Source: Phycisphaeraceae bacterium (lineage in GTDB: Bacteria; Planctomycetota; Phycisphaerae; Phycisphaerales; Phycisphaeraceae). From it: 64,000 nucleotides of DNA. Within the stretch, counting starts at the first letter, position 1. Each line of letters starts with the position of its first letter. The DNA is taken from positions 448,001 through 512,000 of the forward strand of contig OY771506.1 in NCBI GenBank assembly GCA_963674705.1. Direction: 5' to 3'. Below the pieces are notes generated by a model, which was given only the letters and a program-made list of their open reading frames with translations, was not told the DNA's origin and ran no database searches. Of this stretch, positions 57,905-64,000 are shown in pieces. The position numbers and the translations under genes are program-made.

Positions 57905-59077
57905 ATGAAAGAAACACGACGAATCGGCATCGTGATGAACGGCGTCACCGGACGCATGGGCACGAACCAGCACCTGATCCGCTCGGTCCTCGCGATCATC
58001 AAGCAGGGTGGCGTGAAGGTCAGCGATGACCTGACGCTCATGCCCGACCCGGTTCTGACAGGACGCAACGAGAACAAACTCAAAGCGTTGGCTAATGCGT
58101 ATGGGCCCGGAGTGATTGGCGAGCCGTTGAAGTGGACGACGGACGTCGAGGGCGCAGTCAATGATAAGAGCTGCGATATGTTCTTCGATGCGTCGGGCAC
58201 GTTGCAGCGTGCGAAGTTCGTGGAGATGGCAGCCAAGGCGGGCAAGCCGGTGTACTGCGAGAAGCCCACAGCGGTGACGACCGAAGAAGCGCTTCGGCTT
58301 GCCAAGCTCTGTGAAGATGCGGGGATCAAGAACGGTGTCGTGCAGGACAAACTATGGCTGCCGGGCCTGCGTAAGCTCAGAATGCTGCGCGATCGTGGAT
58401 TCTTCGGCAAGATCCTGTCGGTGCGCGGCAACTTCGGGTACTGGGTTTTCTCCGGACACATCGAAGATCAGCCTGCCCAGCGTCCAAGTTGGAACTATCG
58501 CGAGGAAGACGGCGGCGGGATCATGATCGATATGTTCTGCCACTGGGAGTATGTGATAAACAACCTGTTCGGGCCGATCGGTTCGCTGGTCGCGCTGGGT
58601 AATACCGACTTGCCTGAACGCATAAACGAGCAAGGTAAGCCATATAAGTGCACGGCCGACGACTCGGCTTACGCGATCTTCCAATTGAAGAACGGCATCA
58701 TCTGCCAGTTCAACAGCTCGTGGGTCACGCGTGTCCGTCGGGACGACCTGCTGACGATCCAGGTTGACGGCTCGCATGGTTCGGCGGTCGCGGGTTTGCG
58801 TGAATGCTGGGTGCAGAGCGGCGCGTACACACCAAGGCCCGTGTGGAACCCGGACATCCCGCAGCCGATCGACTTCTACGACGGTTGGCAGCAGGTGCCC
58901 AACAACACGGACTATGACAACGCATTCAAAGCCCAGTGGGAATTGTTCCTGCGGCACGTCGCGCTGGATGAGCCGTTCATCTGGACGCTGCGCAAGGGCG
59001 CGGCCGGCGTGCAGTTGGCGGAGCTGGGTATGAAGTCGTGGAAAGATAAGCAGTGGGTGGATGTGCCTGCGCTGTAA
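57905..59077 (+). CDS. Gfo/Idh/MocA oxidoreductase
   Basis: IVMNGVTGRMG.NQHL, VYCEKP, VQDKL.LPG, QRPSWNYR..DGGG; start moved to ATG 57905. Confidence 0.88.
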   Translation: MKETRRIGIVMNGVTGRMGTNQHLIRSVLAIIKQGGVKVSDDLTLMPDPVLTGRNENKLKALANAYGPGVIGEPLKWTTDVEGAVNDKSCDMFFDASGTLQRAKFVEMAAKAGKPVYCEKPTAVTTEEALRLAKLCEDAGIKNGVVQDKLWLPGLRKLRMLRDRGFFGKILSVRGNFGYWVFSGHIEDQPAQRPSWNYREEDGGGIMIDMFCHWEYVINNLFGPIGSLVALGNTDLPERINEQGKPYKCTADDSAYAIFQLKNGIICQFNSSWVTRVRRDDLLTIQVDGSHGSAVAGLRECWVQSGAYTPRPVWNPDIPQPIDFYDGWQQVPNNTDYDNAFKAQWELFLRHVALDEPFIWTLRKGAAGVQLAELGMKSWKDKQWVDVPAL

Positions 59078-59101
59078 AACAACCAACCACAGAGAAAATC
59101 G

Positions 59102-59926
59102 ATGTCTCAATATCTTTCCCAACTCGCGATACACACGATGACGCATCGGCCGTGGACGCTTCGGCAGTGCGTGGACGCATTTATCAAGGCGGGTATCGGG
59201 GGGATCAGCGTCTGGCGTAACGTGATCGAGCCGGTCGGGATGCAGGAAGCCGGCGCGATCATTAAAGGCAGCGGATTGAAGGTGCCGGCACTAGTGCGCG
59301 GTGGATTTTTCCCGGCGGTTGATGCGAAAGATCGTCAGAATGTGGTCGACGAGAATCGCGTATGTATTGATGAAGCGGCGGCGATCGGCGCGGAGATGGT
59401 TGTGCTGGTGGTTGGCGCGGTGCCCGGGATGCCGATGGACGAGGCGCGCAAACATGTGGCGGACGGGATCGGGGCGGTGCTACCGCATGCGTTAGACCGT
59501 GGCGTGAAATTGGCGATCGAGCCGCTGCACCCGATGTATGCGGCCGACCGTTCGTGCATTAACCGGATGCGTGAAGCGCGTGAGATTTGTGAGAAACTTA
59601 AGAGCCGTATGCTCGGGATCGCGGTGGATGTTTACCACGTCTGGTGGGACCCTGACCTGAAGCAGGAGATCGAACTAGCGGGCAAGCAGCACACATTATT
59701 CGGCTATCACATCTGCGATTGGCGTATCACCTTGCGCGACATGCTCAACGACCGCGCGCTGATGGGCGATGGTTGCATCGATATCCCGACGATCAGCAAG
59801 TGGGTGCGTGATACCGGTTTCAACGGGCTTGATGAGGTCGAAGTCTTTTCGGACGAGTACTGGGCGATGGATCAGCGGGAATACCTCGACCTGATCATCG
59901 AGCGGTATCAAACATTGGATGCATGA
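59102..59926 (+). CDS. Sugar phosphate isomerase/epimerase
   Basis: LAIEPLHPMYAADRS, VDVYHVWWD, YHICDW, MGDGCID, EVEVF. Confidence 0.88.
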   Translation: MSQYLSQLAIHTMTHRPWTLRQCVDAFIKAGIGGISVWRNVIEPVGMQEAGAIIKGSGLKVPALVRGGFFPAVDAKDRQNVVDENRVCIDEAAAIGAEMVVLVVGAVPGMPMDEARKHVADGIGAVLPHALDRGVKLAIEPLHPMYAADRSCINRMREAREICEKLKSRMLGIAVDVYHVWWDPDLKQEIELAGKQHTLFGYHICDWRITLRDMLNDRALMGDGCIDIPTISKWVRDTGFNGLDEVEVFSDEYWAMDQREYLDLIIERYQTLDA

Positions 59927-59941
59927 ACGGACCGCAACGAC

Positions 59942-60961
59942 ATGAAAACACTCACGCTTGAAAAGCCAGGCCAATGGCGAGTCTCGGACACACCCGAGCC
60001 TGATTCGCCGGGCGTGGGTGAGGCGATCGTGCGGGTTCATCGTGTCGGGATTTGCGGCACGGATATTCATGCACACAAGGGAACGCATCCGCTGTTTACG
60101 TACCCACGCATCCCGGGACATGAGTTGGGTGTGGAGGTCGTCGTGATTGGTGAGGGTGTAACTCACATCAAGCCCGGCGATCGTTGTGCGGTCGAACCTT
60201 ACATGACCTGTGGCACGTGCCCGGCCTGTAGAGCGGGGAAAACCAATTGCTGCACGACACTGGCGTGCCTGGGTGTGCAGACCGACGGCGGGATGCGGCA
60301 GCGCATCAACGTACCCGCCCACAAGCTGCATCCCTCGGAGAAACTCAGCTACGAAGCGCTCGCATTGGTGGAGACACTCGGCATCGGCAGGCATGCCGTA
60401 GAACGTGCGGCGGTGAAGCAAGGCGAGCGCGTCGCAGTCATCGGGCTTGGTCCGATCGGATTGACGGTCGCGGTGTTCGCACAGATCGCTGGGGCCGAAG
60501 TTGTCGGGATCGATATCAGTGCAGCACGCCTTGGTGCAGCAGAATCATTATTGAATATCCAGACGATGAAGCTGGATACAGAACAGGCGATCGACAAACA
60601 ATGGGCGCAAACCTTCGGCGAAGCGCCGGCGGCAGTGTTTGATGCGACGGGCAACCGCACATCGATGCAGAACGCGTTTGCCTTGCCGGTGCATGGTGGA
60701 CGGCTCGTGATGGTCGGGCTGGTGATCGGCGACCTGACATTCAGCGACCCGGATTTTCATCGCAAGGAAATGACGCTGCTTTCCAGCCGAAACGCTGTAG
60801 GCGAGGACTTTCGCGAGATCATCCGCTTGATCGAGGCCGGGCGTATCGACGTCGGATCTTGGATTACGCATACTTGCGAACTTGAACAACTGCCGGACAA
60901 ACTGGACGATTGGCTAAAACCCGATGCCGGGCTTATTAAAGGCATGGTGTCGGTCGTTTAA
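59942..60961 (+). CDS. Zn-dependent alcohol/sugar-acid dehydrogenase (LgoD/YjjN-like)
   Basis: GICGTD.H, PGHE, C..C.AC..G..NCC, GLGPIG, DATG, FHRKE.TL.SSRN. Confidence 0.88.
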   Translation: MKTLTLEKPGQWRVSDTPEPDSPGVGEAIVRVHRVGICGTDIHAHKGTHPLFTYPRIPGHELGVEVVVIGEGVTHIKPGDRCAVEPYMTCGTCPACRAGKTNCCTTLACLGVQTDGGMRQRINVPAHKLHPSEKLSYEALALVETLGIGRHAVERAAVKQGERVAVIGLGPIGLTVAVFAQIAGAEVVGIDISAARLGAAESLLNIQTMKLDTEQAIDKQWAQTFGEAPAAVFDATGNRTSMQNAFALPVHGGRLVMVGLVIGDLTFSDPDFHRKEMTLLSSRNAVGEDFREIIRLIEAGRIDVGSWITHTCELEQLPDKLDDWLKPDAGLIKGMVSVV

Positions 60962-61025
60962 TGGGATTTGAATTAAGGCCATAATAATACCCGTAAAATG
61001 GGCTGAGAATTACAGGAGCTAACAC

Positions 61026-62120
61026 GTGTCATTGCCTCTCCGCGCCGAATCGGAATGTGAACTGGACCTGGTTTCGCTTGGTGAATGCATGGTGCGCCTG
61101 TCGCCGCCCGGCCACGGACGGATCGAGTTCGCCCCTTCGCTTGAAGTGCACGTCGGCGGCGGCGAGTACAACGTCGCCTACGCGCTGGCGCGCCTGGGCT
61201 TGCGCACCGGCTGGGTCGGCGCACTGGTCGACAACCCGGTCGGCAAGATCATCGCTAATCATGCAAGGGGTGGTTCGGTCGATATCAGCCACGCGCTGAC
61301 GCTGCCTTACGACGGCGTCGGCCGAGATGCGCGGATCGGGCTGAACTTCACCGAAGTCGGCGCGGGTGTGCGTGCGAGCGTCACGATGTATGACCGCGGC
61401 CACAGTGCAACCTCCAAGATGAAAGTCGGCGATGTTGATTGGGATGCGCTTTTTAACAAACGCGGCGTGCGCTGGCTGCACTCCGGCGGCATCTTCACCT
61501 GCCTAAGTGAATCGACGCGCGAAGTCGCCGCCGAGGCGCTCAAGGCAGCGCACAATGCCGGGACGATCGTTTCGTATGACCTGAACTTCCGCTCCAAGCT
61601 CTGGTCGAGTAAAGAAGCGATCAAGACGACCAAGCCGCTCGTGCAATACATCGACTGCCTGATCGGCAACGAGGAAGACTTCCAGAAGGTACTCGGTTAC
61701 GAGGTCGAGGGCGCGGAAGATGAAAACCTCAAGGAACTGCCGATCGAGAACTACAAGAAGATGGTCCGCCGGGTGGCGAAGGATTACCCGAACCTGAAGG
61801 TCATCGGTACGACGTTGCGCGAGGTTTTGAGCGCAAGCGAAAACAACTGGTCGGCCATCCTCTACTGGACCGAGACGGACACCTTCTATCAAGGCCCGAG
61901 CTTTGAACGGCTGATCATCGAAGACCGCGTAGGCGGCGGCGACGGCTTCGCCAGCGGTTTCGCCTACGGTTTCCTCACCGGCGCCGACCCACAGAAAGCC
62001 GTCAACCTCGGTACCACTCACGGCGCACTACTGCAGACCACACGCGGCGACACCTCACAGATCACGCTAAAGGAACTGCAACACGTCGCCGGCGGCGGCG
62101 GGGCGCGGATCGTGCGATAG
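61026..62120 (+). CDS. kdgK: 2-keto-3-deoxygluconate kinase (PfkB family)
   Basis: LGECMVRL.P, GGGEYNVA, SYDLNFRSKLW, GNEED, DRVGGGDGFASG; pathway context with eda. Confidence 0.8.
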   Translation: MSLPLRAESECELDLVSLGECMVRLSPPGHGRIEFAPSLEVHVGGGEYNVAYALARLGLRTGWVGALVDNPVGKIIANHARGGSVDISHALTLPYDGVGRDARIGLNFTEVGAGVRASVTMYDRGHSATSKMKVGDVDWDALFNKRGVRWLHSGGIFTCLSESTREVAAEALKAAHNAGTIVSYDLNFRSKLWSSKEAIKTTKPLVQYIDCLIGNEEDFQKVLGYEVEGAEDENLKELPIENYKKMVRRVAKDYPNLKVIGTTLREVLSASENNWSAILYWTETDTFYQGPSFERLIIEDRVGGGDGFASGFAYGFLTGADPQKAVNLGTTHGALLQTTRGDTSQITLKELQHVAGGGGARIVR

Positions 62121-62254
62121 TCGATATATCTACCTTTAAATGCGGCGATTGAGGGTATTTTCATCCCAGGCCGGGACGATCTACAATAGATGGCTCGGGT
62201 GCCCGAGGGGCATCCTGTTATGGCATTCTTGAGACACCCCGGAGTCAATCCTGT

Positions 62255-63007
62255 ATGGCCGGTCATAGTAAATGGGCGAATATCAAGCACCGTAAAGGGC
62301 GTCAGGACGCCAAGCGGAGCAAGGTCTGGAGCAAGTGTTCACGGGCGATCATTATGGCCGCAAAGAACGGGGGCCCCGACCCGGATATGAACCTGTCGCT
62401 GCGGTACGCGATCGACGAGGCCAAAGCCCAGAACATGCCCAAGGACACAATCGAGAAAGCGATCGCGAAGGGCAGCGGTAAGGATGATTCAACGAATTAC
62501 GAGTCGGTCGTGTACGAGGGGTATGGCGCGGCGGGCGTCGCGGTCATGCTGGACTGCCTGACGGATAATAAGAACCGTACCGTGCCGGAGATCCGCAAGA
62601 TCTTCGAGAAGCACGGCGGGAACCTCGGCGCGTCCGGGTGCGTGGCGTACAACTTCAAATCCAAGGGTCAGCTTTTCGTCGCCAAGGAAGGAACCGAGGA
62701 AGAAACGGTGATGAACGCGGCGCTCGAGGCCGGTGCGGAGGATTTTGCCGATTCCGATGAGAGTTGGGAGATCACCTGCGAGCCTAGCGATTATGTAACA
62801 GTGCGCGAAGCGCTGGAGACTGGCGGCTTCACGATCGAGTCCGGCAGCGTGACGATGATCCCGCAGACCACGGTTGAATGCACGGGCAAGGACGCGCAAA
62901 AGGTCTTCAACCTGATGGAAGCCCTGGAAGATCATGACGATGTGCAGAAGGTACACGCGAACTTCGACATCCCGGACGATGAGATGGAAGCTTTGCAGCA
63001 GGGGTAG
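62255..63007 (+). CDS. yebC: YebC/PmpR-family protein
   Basis: MAGHSKWANIKHRK, YEGYG, LTDNKNRT, LEDHDDVQKVHAN. Confidence 0.97.
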   Translation: MAGHSKWANIKHRKGRQDAKRSKVWSKCSRAIIMAAKNGGPDPDMNLSLRYAIDEAKAQNMPKDTIEKAIAKGSGKDDSTNYESVVYEGYGAAGVAVMLDCLTDNKNRTVPEIRKIFEKHGGNLGASGCVAYNFKSKGQLFVAKEGTEEETVMNAALEAGAEDFADSDESWEITCEPSDYVTVREALETGGFTIESGSVTMIPQTTVECTGKDAQKVFNLMEALEDHDDVQKVHANFDIPDDEMEALQQG

Positions 63008-63012
63008 TTTTT

Positions 63013-63042
63013 GGCTTGAGGCCTGAGGCCTGAGGCTTGTAG
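63013..63042. repeat. Heptamer tandem repeat (GGC.TGA)
   Basis: ggcttga ggcctga ggcctga ggcttgt. Confidence 0.6.
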
Positions 63043-63207
63043 ATCATATATTTCAGGGGCACCAGGTAGGGTCTTTTATTGACTGCGACCAGATGCGCAT
63101 TTTTGGCATTCCGACCATGTCCATGAAACGCACACGGGACGAGACCGTCATTATTATGTTGAGCTATCGTTCGCGCATCAATCGACCTTTGCCCCCGGGA
63201 GCCTGAC

Positions 63208-64000
63208 ATGAATATCACTTTGCCGACCGCATCGAACCGAATCCTGGTTGCGTTTGTTGTTTTGTGTTTGTGTTTGGTGACGCCCGCCCTGGCGGTTCGG
63301 CCGACGGTGGTGGAGGCGGAGCCGGACAACGGAGCTAAAGATGTCGATCCGACGCTGCGGCAGATTGTGATCAAGTTCGATCAGGATATGAGCCAGCGGG
63401 GCCATTCGATCTGCGGCGGGGGCGAAACGTTCCCCAAACTCGTCGGCAAATCCCGATGGGCGAACCAGCGTACGTTCATCATGACCGTTCGGCTGGAACC
63501 CAATCACGATTACAACTTCAGCATCAACTGCCCGTCGGCGCAAAACTTCCGCAGCAAGGATGGCGAGTCGGTCGTGCCCTACCGTATCAGCTTCCGCACA
63601 GGCGTCGGCGAAGATGGCAAATCGGAGTTGTCACAAGCAGAACTCAACGAAGGTGCGATCGAGATTTTGCGTGAGATGATCGACCAGCAGTATTCGTATC
63701 GCGACCGGATGGGATTAGACTGGGACAAGCTGTTTGCCGACCATAAGAAAATGCTGGTGGATTCCACCACGCCCAAACGTTTTGCACAGATCGCCGGCGT
63801 GATGCTTGCGCATGCCGAGGATAAACATATCTGGCTGGATGCCGAGGGCGATCGGATCGGTGCTTATCCCGTGCCGGGCAAGCCGAACGCGAACGCTCAG
63901 CTACTGCCCAATCTTGTGCCGAACTACCAACAGAAAAGTGACATCGTCTACACCGGCGAATTCGAGGACGGCATCGGGTACCTGCGTATCGATTCCTGGT
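63208..64000 (+). CDS. Secreted Ig-like domain plus S41-family peptidase (partial, runs off window end)
   Basis: Translated by hand: MNITLPTASNRILVAFVVLCLCLVTPALA, P.VV...PDNGAKDVDP..I.IKFDQDM, YSYRDRMGLDW, LAHAEDKH, GIGYLRIDSW. Not in the ORF track. Confidence 0.75.
   Translation, partial: MNITLPTASNRILVAFVVLCLCLVTPALAVRPTVVEAEPDNGAKDVDPTLRQIVIKFDQDMSQRGHSICGGGETFPKLVGKSRWANQRTFIMTVRLEPNHDYNFSINCPSAQNFRSKDGESVVPYRISFRTGVGEDGKSELSQAELNEGAIEILREMIDQQYSYRDRMGLDWDKLFADHKKMLVDSTTPKRFAQIAGVMLAHAEDKHIWLDAEGDRIGAYPVPGKPNANAQLLPNLVPNYQQKSDIVYTGEFEDGIGYLRIDSW

Overview
GC-rich bacterial window, most likely a planctomycete (Phycisphaerae-like). This is inferred from 10 PEP-CTERM proteins (7 with a GDxNGDGFVGLDDL dockerin-like tail), 3 prepilin/H-X9-DG (DUF1559-type) proteins and many REP-like repeats. 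It is mostly three glycan-use loci with a shared layout: (A) ~0.2-12.2 kb, GlcNAc/chitin-type (GH16-like, GH20, GH18, ROK regulator, Na+/solute symporter); (B) ~12.3-28.5 kb, beta-galactan (two GH53, MFS and SSS transporters, LacI with four visible operators, galK, an unknown 611-aa protein plus a Zn-ribbon partner); (C) ~32.3-62.1 kb, polyuronate (PL6, PL38/PF05426-like lyase, beta-helix protein, GH88-like, two LacI paralogues, kdgK, eda, oxidoreductases). Each locus has a paralogous pair of non-catalytic PEP-CTERM proteins (one with the dockerin-like module, one without), one prepilin-like protein, an SSS transporter, a sugar-responsive regulator and a dockerin/PEP-CTERM-tailed CAZyme. No SusC/SusD or TonB-dependent transporter is present in the window. 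This recurring cassette is the best candidate for an undescribed system. Also present: malic enzyme next to a kinase/pseudokinase-like tandem protein, a ~1-kb composite non-coding duplication with a conserved AT-rich palindrome, a GC-skew flip at ~12-17 kb, yebC, and partial genes at both ends. No rRNA, tRNA, CRISPR array or transposase was recognised. All family calls come from motif reading, not database searches.
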